A stretch of 64,000 nucleotides of DNA. Origin: Podarcis liolepis (lineage: Eukaryota). The notes beneath the pieces were generated by a model. The model worked only from the letters and a program-made list of their open reading frames with translations, searched no databases and was not told the origin of the DNA. The position numbers and the translations under genes were made by a program. The stretch is taken from the NCBI GenBank assembly GCA_965112155.1, contig OZ218104.1; one strand, given 5' to 3'. Shown here one piece after another: positions 12,537 to 24,400 of the stretch (position 1 is the first letter of the stretch; every line of letters starts with the position of its first letter).

Positions 12537-14920
12537 GTATGCTTTGCAAGTATTTTATGTCAGTGCAAAAAGGACACTACACCAAATGGAAACCTGTTTG
12601 GGTCAAATACTTGCTGTTAATAATTCTCTCGCTCTTTTGATTGTCTGCATATTGGTCTGTGAATGTTTTGTCAGATTTACTGGGATTTAAGTTTGCTGTT
12701 AGTTTTATGCACATTTATCTTGACAGCATTTCCTTAGTGCTGAGTAATTATGCTCCAAATGCGGGGTGGCATATCTAGTACCTTCTGGACCCAGTACCAG
12801 CACTGGCAGTGGCTGTACCTGAATTGCTATTACACATGTTTAAGTCTTTCAAGCAGTTCTACTTGGTAGGGGTTTTTATTGGCCCCTTGTTTGCAGTTTT
12901 AGGAGCCAAAAGGGCCCACCAGATACCCAAATATCAGCCATTTGTGAAAGTTTATTTTGATAGCACCATCTATTTACCCAGCACTTTACAAAGAACAGGT
13001 TTGACTGGTCTTTACTCCCAGTGGGCTTACAAATATAAAAACAGACACAGTGAAACAATGATGGCAGCAATAAACATTCTTCCATTATTTCATTTACCCA
13101 TTCTTGACTAAATTACAGCAGGGCATTGGGACTAGGGAGCTGTTCTAGAGGCTCCCAGCAAAGGTGTGGTTTGAGGAGGCATTTTGGGTTGCATGCATAA
13201 GGAGAGAGGTAGAATTGTTTCAGGGACCAGGGACCTTTGAGTGGCAATAGTAGTTTGTGATGGATCTGTTAGAGGACAGGAAGCCTGCACATGGAGAGAT
13301 CCCACTTCATGGCCTGAGTGACAAGAGAGGTGAATCATTTTGGCAGAAAATAATGGTGCCAAGTCCACTAACAAGCAAGTTTTAAAGTACAAAGAAGGAA
13401 TCATACTAGCAGCAGAAGCCCAAGTTATAGCTTGTGGTAATGCAGCTCAGATGAGTCTTAAGGACTCCGATGCAGCTTTTTAGATCCTAACTAGGTCAGA
13501 ACATTATTTGGCCCCTGAAATGATAAGCCAGGTTCAGTAGATAAAAATAGTTACTCTAGCGGGAAATTGGCTGTATTCTGAGGGCTCCAATCAAGTTTAG
13601 AAAATCATAATTTATAGTACTCAGTGGTGTGTTGGAAACAAAATTTCTGTGTATCATTTAGGCTCAAGGAATGTCTTTCTTCACTTTTGCTAGGATTGAC
13701 AGAGCAGCACAAGTAATTTCCCGGGCTGAGACAGGAAGGATGTGCCTCTGGTAACAAACCAAATAGTGCATCAACGTTTAGTTAGTTTCTTCCCAGTATT
13801 GAAATTCATGTTTCGCTGACATGAGCAATATAATAGTACAAATAACTTGGATCACTGCAGCTATTGGCTTTGCAAGTTGCAAATGACATGAGGTTTCTGG
13901 GCTTTTGGGATCAGTTTTAATTAGTCCACCTTTGCTGTACTAACTAGCATATCCATACAGTGATTGCTGTTTCATAGAAGAGTTGGAGTCCAGATTCTTT
14001 TTCTTTTTAAAAAAACTGGATTCATTACAAGTTTGAGGCTCCAAAACTGTAGTGCCTGCATTTTTCATATTAATGATTTTCACATGTCCCTGATCACTGT
14101 AAAATAAAGCCACAGTCATGGGACCATAGAGATTGTAATTGGGCCAAGGGTTCCAGAAGAGCACATACCAGTTGATTTGCCAGATGTTGTGATTTGGTCT
14201 GGATTGTTGAGGTTTGCTTATTTTTCTCCCCACTCGTCTGCAAATCAATACTGCCTTAACAGTTTGGGTCTTGTGATCCCTAGTAAATGATCAGAACTGT
14301 GATTAAAAATGTAAATGCAAGAGAAACATATTCCCAATTTGATCTCTTCTCCATTCCTGCTTCTAAGCAGCTTGTGGGACCTTCAAATACTTAGTTGCTT
14401 TCAAACAAGCCTATGGAGAAATTATGACAATATGTTTATATATAGCATGTACTTAGCATATGTTTCTAGGGAGCTCAGTCTTTTTAATTTCAAGAGAAAG
14501 CAAAGCACTCGCAGAGGAGAACATTTAAAAGCCTGCCTGCTATCTTTCACTTCTGTTGATCTCTTGAAAATTTATTATGTAATTTATTATGTACTATAAA
14601 ATATTTCCTCTGCTGAAATTTTCATTGTTCACAATTCCATCCTTGTCTACATGTACAGTTCAAAATTTGTCCTCCATTTTAAATATTTACCTTGGGAAGT
14701 TTTAAGTGGTTGATTTTAGCCAGTGAGGCCCTAACAGCTTGGGACCAGGTTCTCTCCAAGACCACCTTTTTCCATATAGTCTGCCCAGGTCATTGTAGTC
14801 TTTGGATGGGGTTCTTATGATGGTACCATGCTGAAGTTTGGCTGCCTGGGGTTCAGAGCAGGGTCTTTTTATGTTATGATACCCACCTTGTGAAATGAGC
14901 TCCCTTGTGAAATGAGCTCC

Positions 14921-15286
14921 TCTTGAATTATGGTGCTGGAGGAGACTCTTGAGAGTCCCATGGACGGCAAAAAGATCAAACCTATCCATTCTTAAGGAAA
15001 TCAGCCCTGAGTACTCACTGGAAAGACAGATTGTGAAGTTGAGGCTCCAATACTTTGGCCACCTCATGAGAAGAGAAGACTCCCTGGAAAAGACCCTGAT
15101 GCTGGGAAAGATGGAAGGCACAAGGAGAAGGGGACGGCAGAGGACGAGATGGTTGGACAGCGTTCTCAAAGCTACCAGCATGAGTTTGACCAAACTGCGG
15201 GAGGCAGTGGAAGACAGGAGTGCCTGGCGTGCTCTGGTCCATAGGGTCACAAAGAGTCGGACACGACTAAACGACTAAACAACAAC
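14921..15286 (+). mobile_element. BovB/RTE LINE, 5'-truncated 3' end
   Basis: ORF 14949-15278 is the RTE ORF C-terminus (RVPWTA...LQYFGHLMRR...WRALVH...SRTRL); (AAC)n tail; 24-bp TSD ACCCACCTTGTGAAATGAGCTCCC at 14881-14904 and 15287-15310. Confidence 0.93.
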
Positions 15287-15905
15287 ACCCACCTTGTGAA
15301 ATGAGCTCCCTAATGTACCTTTTTGTTTACCCAGATATTTCCTGACTGCTGATACTGAATTTTTCTTTGTTTCTGAAATTATGTTTTTTGATTAGTTGAC
15401 TTTTAACTGTTACTAGTTTTATGGTTCTTCTGTGTATTGTAAACAACTTTTGAGAGAAGTGGCATGCATTTGTACACACCTACACATATACATATATATA
15501 AATTGTGATTTATAGCGCTCGGTTAGCAGCAATCCGTACAAATTCAGATTAGATTCATGTTTTTTTAGCACATTGCAGTGTTAATATGACCCACTTCGCA
15601 TTTCAGAAATTAGTAGGTGTTTGCGTTTGTTGTGTATACTCCGTATCAAGAGAGAACCATATTCTTCTCATTGACTACTTGTGAGGTTCAGGGCTCCTTG
15701 TGACAATTTACACATTGTAACAAATAGCATTTGTCTGTAGGGACCTCCTCAGTATGTGTGCCTGGTATTTCCATAGTGTGTCAAGTAGCTGTTTGTGTCC
15801 TGTGTGCTAAAATGCTCATTTTGGCACTCTTCTGTTAAAGCTGCAGTTTTGATCTTTGTGGTGCAAATGCAAAGACACCATTACTCAGTTGAAATCATTT
15901 TTCAG

Positions 15906-16000
15906 GTATTTGGCATCATTACCTTCCCACATCTGGAAAAATGACCACGTCAAGAAATTTTTCAGCACTTCATCTCACTCCCAGCAATTTCAAAGTTCAA
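15906..16000 (+). CDS. ZCCHC14: ZCCHC14 coding exon (about exon 6)
   Basis: ttttcAG|...A|gtgagt; 95 nt, YLASLPSHIWKNDHVKKFFSTSSHSQQFQSS. Confidence 0.93.
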
Positions 16001-16096
16001 GTGAGTTTTATGATTCATTTCTCCCTATTAACAAACATGTGAATAGACATTTTACCACTCAGGCCTTGTCCAAACACCTGATCTCCTTGTTTCTAG

Positions 16097-16151
16097 GTCC
16101 AGGCAACACTTCCCTTTATAAAGTAGGTACGACGCTGGGTGCTTCCGGAAG
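16097..16151 (+). CDS. ZCCHC14: ZCCHC14 coding exon (about exon 7)
   Basis: tttctAG|...AG|gtgaga; 55 nt, (S)PGNTSLYKVGTTLGASG(R). Confidence 0.92.
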
Positions 16152-16908
16152 GTGAGATGAATTTAGTGTATGTGTGATGTAGGGAAGCTATAGCATGCTA
16201 TTCAGATTTCTACATTATGTGAAACATTTTTCACTATCACTTTGAAAGTGACTTCACAGATTGCCCCTTCATTCTTTGTGTGGAATAAATTTGGTATTGC
16301 TGGCATTATGTCATCCTTCTGTTCTGAGCACGTTTAGATGACCCAATGATAAACTCAAAAGACATTCAAAGGTGGCATTTTACTTTGTACAGGTGCTTTA
16401 TTTCATTGGAGAGAATTAACATAGAAAATGTTTAGTTGCCTTTGAAAATCAACACATCATTTACAGTTCTGATGTAAGATTTCCCATGTATATTCTTCCA
16501 TGGAAACAAATTCCCCAAAACACTTATGAGGATATAAATGCTAACTTAGAACTGGCCTATGAAAAGCAGCTAAAACTCATCCCTACGTTTCTATACAAGA
16601 GGCTCATGTTGAAGTAAATATGCAGGATGGTTAGTGACTTACTGCATCTACATAATCCTCACTTCTGCTCCCTTTTCTTGGTTATGCCTGTTGGCACTGT
16701 CAGATCAGTAATTCCTTAACCTAAGCAGCTGGAGTAACTGTGGCCTTACATTCGCCAGCCCTCTGACTTTTCATTGTTATGCTGGCTCTTCAGAAAGATG
16801 GCAAACTGCATCATGGATCAAGGGACATGCTCTAGGATGAAACGAGAATGTACAGCATTCCTGTTCTTGGTTTGATGCATAGAATAGTTTCTCCTTCTAT
16901 GTTTGCAG

Positions 16909-17182
16909 ACCTATCTGTGGCGTAGCTGGTATCCAGTCTTCACAGAACAGTCTCCAGCATCATGTGCAGCATCCGACCGCTACACCTGTTGCACTCCCCC
17001 ACTGCACTCATACAGGTGGGGCTGCATCCTCACTCACTTGCCGCTCCCAGCTGGAGAACTCTTCATCGGTATTGACTCCCAGTCCTCAAACCCCCCAGGA
17101 ACAAAATGGGATTTTAGACTGGCTGCGGAAACTACGCTTGCACAAGTACTACCCTGTTTTCAAACAGCTCTCAATGGAGAAG
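16909..17182 (+). CDS. ZCCHC14: ZCCHC14 coding exon (about exon 8), start of Smaug-like SAM domain
   Basis: tttgcAG|...AAG|gtagag; 274 nt, PICGVAGIQSSQ...QEQNGILDWLRKLRLHKYYPVFKQLSMEK. Confidence 0.95.
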
Positions 17183-17643
17183 GTAGAGTCCTGGCTTGGG
17201 TAGGGGGGAACAGTTTGCTGTGTTTGTTTTGCTGTATTAATCTGTGGTATAGAGAGAGAATTCAAATTTTGGGATAGGCTTAAGACTGATTAGAAATACT
17301 GATATGACTTCTTCAGCGATTTGGCTTTCTGGCAAAAGTCTTCATCTAATATTTAGAAGTTTCTTTGTGAAATGTTGACACACTACAAGTATTTACCCTC
17401 TAACAAAAGCTGTTGCACATAGATCAAACATCCCTCTATGATGTCTTTTTTTCTGGATGCATGAGTATTTGTTCCTAGAAAGCAAAATTCCTCATGTGAT
17501 CTGAGAAAGAGCGGAGATGCTGTGCCTTGCTCAAATGAATGTCACTCTTTTTAACAGTTTTATTCACAACTCTGTTCAGATATGTTGTAAGCTAATCACG
17601 TTACTCTTGGGGTGTTTTTTTAATAAAAAAAATATATATCAGA

Positions 17644-17657
17644 GTGCCCTCTAGTGG
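17644..17657 (-). promoter_or_regulatory. CTCF consensus motif in a ZCCHC14 intron
   Basis: Reverse complement CCACTAGAGGGCAC fits CCASYAGRKGGCRS. Confidence 0.55.
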
Positions 17658-18343
17658 ATTCTTTGCTCTATTTTTTGCTCTCAAATCTAAAGCTCTAATT
17701 TGTTTTCAAATACATCATATCATTAATCTGTGTACAGTGCTTAGCACATCTTAGACACTTTATAAAAGATACATAATGAAATATAAATTGAATTTAATAG
17801 CAGAATGCGGTATTGTTGTAGTATTTCTCTCTGCTTTTATTAGAATAATTATCAATATTAATAAGCCTGAAAATAAAGTCTGGGTTGGATTTTCTGAATC
17901 TGACAAGTTCCTTTAGTCTGCAAGTTGACAAATAACTACTGAATAATTTTACATAAAATTGGATGCTGAGACAACCTCAGTTGTTGAGTAGCTTGACAAA
18001 ATAACAGAAATGATCAAGGGCATGCATCAGTAGCAACAGCTCAACAAAACAAATTTAAAAGCTGATTTTGCATGGAAGCCACAGTGTCCCCAAATCTGTT
18101 GCTCATCTCTATACTAGGATGCTGTTAAACACTTGTTTGTCCCTAGAGCCTTAGCTACTGTAATAACACCTCATGAAACTCATGAATATAGCTAATCTAC
18201 ATATTTTGCTTTAAAACTAAGCAAAATATGTAAATTAGCTATATTCATTAGTTTCATAATGAAGCTTCTGTCAAGTATGCCATATTAGACAGCATTTTTA
18301 AATGCATACTATAAAATTCACTTTCCCTTTTTTCCTATCTAAG

Positions 18344-18435
18344 TTCCTGAGCCTTACTGAAGAAGATCTGAATAAATTTGAATCCCTTACAATGGGTGCA
18401 AAGAAGAAGCTCAAGACCCAGCTGGAGTTGGAAAA
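18344..18435 (+). CDS. ZCCHC14: ZCCHC14 coding exon (about exon 9), SAM domain
   Basis: 92 nt, FLSLTEEDLNKFESLTMGAKKKLKTQLELE(K); AG/GT boundaries. Confidence 0.96.
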
Positions 18436-18822
18436 GTAGGTATTAAAGAAAACTGGCTTCTTCCATGTTATTTCAGGATCTTTTCCTCCTAATTTTTCCA
18501 GTAAAAATGCTTGCTGTGGACTTTGCCTAAGGAAAACCCAGAAGTAGGACTGGGTTAATTCAGCACTAGTTGAATTAAAACTTTGTTGCATTTATACCCC
18601 ATGCATGTGTCTAGAACAATAAATCTAAAAATACCAGTAGGTTATATGCAGCTAATTTTTACTCAAGGGAAACCCATTGAAATTAATAGAATAGAACCTC
18701 TTTAGTGGGCTTACTCTAAGTTAGTTGGATACCACACATACTTTAAATTAGAGAACCAATTCAGATTTAAATCCCAAGTTTATTTTAATAAATTGCTTCC
18801 CACACTTCCCTTTTCATTCCAG

Positions 18823-18947
18823 GGAAAAGTCTGAGAAACGGACCCTCAATCCAGCTACATCTCCTTCCTTGAGCACTGGGGTGGCCAGAGTTCCTCCTAC
18901 CACTCATATTGGTCCTATCCAAAGCATTCGTGGTAACCATACAGCAG
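18823..18947 (+). CDS. ZCCHC14: ZCCHC14 coding exon (about exon 10)
   Basis: 125 nt, EKSEKRTLNPATSPSLSTGVARVPPTTHIGPIQSIRGNHTA; ttccAG / gtaaac. Confidence 0.94.
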
Positions 18948-19249
18948 GTAAACAGGCTATGTGGTTTGAATATGTATATGTCCTACACAGGGAAGATTGG
19001 CGCTTGTCTAATTATTGTAACATACTGGATAGCAATGTAGTTCAGGATAGTCATACTTAGAAGAATAGACCCATTGAATTAATAGACTCAAGTTAATTAC
19101 TTTCCATGGATCTATTTTTGAGCCTGGCTAACAATGGCTATCAGCTAAATGTACTTGGGAGTCGCAACAGATTTTGTCTGTCTAAAAATGACTTAACAGT
19201 ACCATTCACATGACTTGATTTTTCTTCTTCTCTTCCCCGCCTCCACAAG

Positions 19250-19390
19250 AGTTACGTGTCGATGTTGATCAGCCAACCCTCTCAACCCCCCGCGAAGGAA
19301 GCTCTTCAGAATACTCCAGCTCCTCTTCTAGCCCCATGGGAATCCATACCCGGGAGGAGAGCTCAGACAGTGCTGAGGAGAATGAGAGAC
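19250..19390 (+). CDS. ZCCHC14: ZCCHC14 coding exon (about exon 11)
   Basis: 141 nt, (E)LRVDVDQPTLSTPREGSSSEYSSSSSSPMGIHTREESSDSAEENER; donor gtaagg. Confidence 0.93.
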
Positions 19391-19471
19391 GTAAGGAAAG
19401 CTGTCTCATTGTGTTGCAGCATCTAACGCATTTAGGTGACTGGTCGTACCTGACATCTGTCTATCTTGTAG

Positions 19472-20911
19472 GTTTAGAGGTCCACTTGGAAGCCTCAGAA
19501 AAGGAGAAGCCAGTAATGTTATTGAATCACTTCAACTCCAGCTCAGCCAGGCCCACTGCTCAGGTTTTACCAGTGCAGAATGATGCCGTGTCCAGTCCAT
19601 CCGGTCACCACACCTTGCCAGTACAGATGATAGCTGCGGGCTCCCCTCACATCACTCCAATTAGAATACTGAACTCTATGCACAAATCAGAGCGAGGAAA
19701 TACAGACATGAAGCTCCTTTCGTCATCTATGCACTCGCTTTTGTCTTTAGAAGACAGGACAAAATTTTCACCTGGCACACCTCGAAGTGGCATCAAGATG
19801 GAGAAGAGCTTTGGGAGTACTGTTGTGGATGGGATGCCAGCCTCTCCCCATCAGCCCATGCAAGTGCTCTCTGGAGTTTCTGAAAATGGCTCCTCTACAC
19901 CTTCAATTAACTTTGGTCCAAGGACCAAAATGGTACATGCTTCTACTCTAGACAGAGTGGTGAAAACAACCCAGCAGCCGGGAATAATAGTGGAAACAAG
20001 CACCACAGCCACTGTAACTTCCAGCACCGTCTTCCATGTGGCACGACCCCCCATAAAACTCCTGGTATCCTCTTCAGTTCCTACTGATTCAACCATTGTG
20101 GGGCAGTCTTCCTGCTCCAATAATATGCAATTCAGTGTGTCCCCAGCAATAATAAACCCCCGGACTGCTCTCTATACAGCCAATACCAAAGTGGCCTTTT
20201 CTGCCCTGAGCAGTATGCCAGTAGCCCCAATGCCCAGCAGCAGCTTCTGTGCAAATAGCAACACTGCCTCTTCTAGCAGTCACCCCTCCACATCCTTTGC
20301 AAATATGGCAAACCTACCCAGTTGTCCTGCTCCCAGCTCCAGCCCCACGCTTTCATCAGCTGCCGAGAACAATTTCTACAACAGCAGTAGTAGTGGCTCA
20401 GGAGGAAGTATCCCAGTACCAAATCAGAATCACCACCATCACCACCACCATCAGCAGCAGCCTCCTGGATGCATGGTGTGCAGTTCCTGTGGCTGTAGTG
20501 GGAACTGTGGTTCAAGCGGCATGACTGTCAGTTATGCTAATTACTTCCAGCACCCCTTTTCCGGACCGTCAGTGTTTACTTTCCCATTTCTGCCCTTCAA
20601 TCCACTGTGCAGCAGTGGCTACATCAACACACAGCAGTACAACAGCAGCTCAGCCTTCCCTATGGTTCACTCTCCTTACAACAGTGGCATAACACCAGAC
20701 TCTGTCATGAGTGGGCAGTCTACGTTTGCAGTGCCACCAATGCAAAGCTTTATGGCAAGTACAGCAGGGGTGTACCAAGCACAGGGGATGATGAGCAACA
20801 ACAGTGGTACAGGCCATAAAAAGAATGGGAATCTGTCCTGTTACAATTGTGGAGCCAGTGGTCACCGAGCTCAAGACTGCAAGCAGCCACCAATGGATTT
20901 CAATCGACAAG
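19472..20911 (+). CDS. ZCCHC14: ZCCHC14 large coding exon (about exon 12): S/T/P-rich region, His run, Cys cluster, CCHC zinc knuckle
   Basis: 1440 nt inside ORF 19336-20916; EKEKPVMLLNHF...CYNCGASGHRAQDCKQPPMDFNRQ; knuckle fits CX2CX4HX4C. Confidence 0.96.
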
Positions 20912-21431
20912 GTTAGGAACATAATTGGCTTCCCAGAAGTGCAGTTGGTAGATTGCTCAGAATACAGGTTTGGCTGCTTGGGGAAAGGGGGTGGTAGATA
21001 AAGGAAAATCTGAAAATGGTCAGTAATTTAAAGTGATGGCAAGTCTGAGCATGTTCAAGTGGAATCCACTGTAGGTCTCACACTTTGCCAATAGTTTGTA
21101 CTTTTGTGGATGAGCAGTAGCCCTCTGAAGCAAACCTGAGAGAACCAAAGTACAGGAGTGGTAAAATGTTCCTCTGGCGTGAGCATGCAGAGCCCAGATA
21201 GTTTTGTGGGGTAATAAGGGGTTGGTTTCTTGTGGTAGTAAGCTTTGAGATTGCTCACGCTCAAAACCGGTATCCATGGTGCTCTTGCCTTATTTCACAG
21301 CTACTGCTAATATGTTCATTCCTTATCTATGAACAGCATGGTGCTCAACTGTGTGATGTGTCATTGCTTGTGAAATGTAGACTTCACAAAAGTCTTACAC
21401 GTGCTGACTTGTATTTCTCTTTTCCATGCAG

Positions 21432-21487
21432 GTACATTTCGGTTAAAATATGCTCCACCAGCTGAAAGTTTAGATTCCACAGATTGA
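21432..21487 (+). CDS. ZCCHC14: ZCCHC14 last coding exon (about exon 13)
   Basis: catgcAG|GT ACA TTT CGG... = (G)TFRLKYAPPAESLDSTD*, same as the human C-terminus; TGA at 21485-21487. Confidence 0.96.
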
Positions 21488-24400
21488 CAGTAACTCCATG
21501 GACTTCTTTTTTTTGTGATGGCAAAAGCCCATGGAGTAATTACAGAATTTCAAATTGGAATCTGAGAAGTCCACTTGTTGAGCTTATTAACATTATTTTT
21601 TTAATCCAAAGGTGCTCTACTTCACTACACTAGGAAGAAACTGAAGCTTAGGGGTTTATCAAACCCATTTTTACTGATTTGCCAAAATTATAACATGGAT
21701 CTTAAATGTTGGACCTTCCAGGTGGGAGGTGAAACTGGCCAACTACCCTTTTTTGTTGTAAACAAACTCCTGCACTTTTGCTGAAGAATGTTGCCATACT
21801 TTGATCTTCTGTGCTGGAAACTCGAACTCCCGGGCAGCTATGTTGTAATCTGGAGTGAGAGCTAGAGGTTGACGGTACAGTAGCCATTTGCCTGCTGGAC
21901 TCTGACATTTGAGGCTAGGTAAACATGTCTACTTTTTCTCAAAAACTAATCAGGCACCACACTCTGGGATTTTAAAGGATTGCACTACAGAAGAATGTAT
22001 AATTCTATCTGCACTTTTAGCAGACTGAGATCAGTGTGAGAGACGTTCCAATGGTTGGAAATAGGCACCAGCAGGCTATGTGAACTTCTAATAAAGAAAT
22101 CTTAACCCTCCCTCTCTTCCAAAAGAACAAAGGTAGAAGTTTCAGTTCATTCTAGAAATGGTTATGCTATGCTTGTCGGCATTTATTTGTCAGTCATGGA
22201 TTAAACTTACGTTTCCAAGGGTCTAGTGCCAGAGACTGAGCTCAAACAGGTCTTTAAAAAAATACTTTTCCTCTACAACTTTCAAATCTTACCATATATT
22301 AGTTTCTGCCACAGGAAACAGTACTCTACCTTTGAAACCGAGTTTTAAAACACAGACTCCTGCAGCAGAGTTTGCAAGTTGTTGCTTTACTTTGCATAGC
22401 AAAAGTCTTTCTACAAAGGCTCTTGCTTACAGGATATAGAAGTCACAAAGTAAGAAACAGCTGTACATCTTAACCACAACTCGGGTTTGTAGTCTGCCTC
22501 CTTTATTTGAAATACGTAGAGTATTGGCTTTGATGTTAAATAGTTAGAATTCTTTTCCACTAAAGCCAGCAAAGCTCAGAACTGAAACATTGTAGACCTA
22601 CGTGGTCAAAAGGAGGCATACCTTTTTGTATTCATGCTGAATTGGTTGTAGCTACTTCTTTCATTGATAGGGCTGAAGTTTAAACTGCCCCACATAGGAC
22701 ATTTTAGTGGCTGTGCACAATGTTACTATGGAGGTGGCAAATGAGTATTTCTGCTTGAAAGTATTGTATGGTTGAAGGTGCAGGGAGGTGGGGTTGGCTG
22801 TATCACTGCACTGCATATCCATGAGGTAGTAAAACAGTGGATCTTGTGGAAATAATGGTAGGATTGACAGAAAACCAGGTACTCCACTATTGTTTTCTAT
22901 ATCATCAGAAATAAGCTCTATTATCCTTACCTGTTGCCTTTAAAAACAAACTGGTGTATTCTCTTGGGTGTAGGCATTCAATGGGTTTTGCATATTCAAC
23001 TCTGGGAGAAGCTTAGCATGAGCTTCCTGCCATTTCTCAGCTTCATAGAGACCAAGTCCAAAGTTGTAAAAACACATGGTTTGTAGCAGCCCTACATCCA
23101 ACTTCAGTTATTTCTATGCAATGAAGTGCTAGACTTTCATATCCTCAGTTTGGCTTTACCAAAACAGTATTATATATAGGGTTAGATCCAACCCACAATA
23201 TTTAATTATGCGTGTAATGACTGAACTTCTGAGACGGCTAATAGAGGTGGATACCATTAGGAAACTTGTAAAACTACCAGAGGTAATGAGAACTGACAGA
23301 GCAATTTACTTTGCCTTAATGACCCTGATTGACATCAGCAGAAACATGCCACTCTGTACTAAATCTGTCAGTTATTGTTTACTCTTAAAAGTTGGGAGCC
23401 TTCCCATTGGCCCAAAATGTGCCAAAAGCCAAATGTATCAGTTCTTAAACAGAAATAACCAAACACCATACAAACTTTCCAGGATCAACAGAAAGCCTTT
23501 ATCAGGCATTTAAATTGGAAAGTTTCTAGAAACATGGCCCCATGAGCAGTATGATGTTCAGAAATATGGTTTCCATTCATACAAAAAGAAAGCTGTCTCA
23601 GCTAGCTGTTGGGCTGTCAAACAAAACTATGTTTAACTTAACTAGTGGACAAGTGGAATTACCAGGGGAAAGCTTTGGAGAGCCAATTGCCTTGTTCGTT
23701 TCTAAAGGTAAACTGAGACATAGAAAGGCAAGCCTACATAGTGACTTAATTTTATTAAAGCTGTTCTCTACTATTTCATCCACAAAGTGGCTGCCAATGT
23801 TTCATACAGGCAGAGGACTTTGAAGCAAGACTCAAGTGCAAGAGGAATGGACACTAGCTGCATAGATCATAGTTTGGCTGAAACTTTACACTAGAGAATG
23901 TAACTTGCGTCATGAAGAGAGCATAAAACAGAACCATCAAAAGCCCTTGTCTGTATGAAACATACTATGTACTAAAAACTGGCATGGCAAACTGCTGGAG
24001 AATTGCTATTTGCATATAATTAAGGTTTTAACTAGGCAAGACTTAGTTAATGGTAAATTTCTCGAGCAGTATGCGGGCCCATGCCTGAACAAAGAAGGGT
24101 CTTTCTGAATTATGTCAAACCCTTTTTTTCATGCCAGCCTAGAATTCTGTTAGAGACACCCAAATGTAAGCCACCCCAAGTAAAAGGCAAGTTATTCAAT
24201 GGGTACAATACCATTTTATGGGGAAAGCCCTAAACTGAGGCCAACTTAATTATTTTAAGGTGGGAGGGAAGGGTGGGTATTTTGTTTTGCTTCTGAACAG
24301 ACACTTATAAGCCTCTTAAGCTGCTTTACTTAGATATGGCCAAAGGCAGAATTAAAATAGTAATTCAGAAAGCAACAAATATTCAAACAATTTTTACTCT

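Noticed and set aside
14702-15278. ORFs of 109-182 aa here and their twins at 35793-36384
   Set aside because: They are the BovB/RTE ORF C-terminus and its antisense frame, not host genes.
19851-20922. Antisense and shifted-frame ORFs overlapping ZCCHC14 exon 12
   Set aside because: By-products of coding-sequence codon bias with no recognisable protein features.
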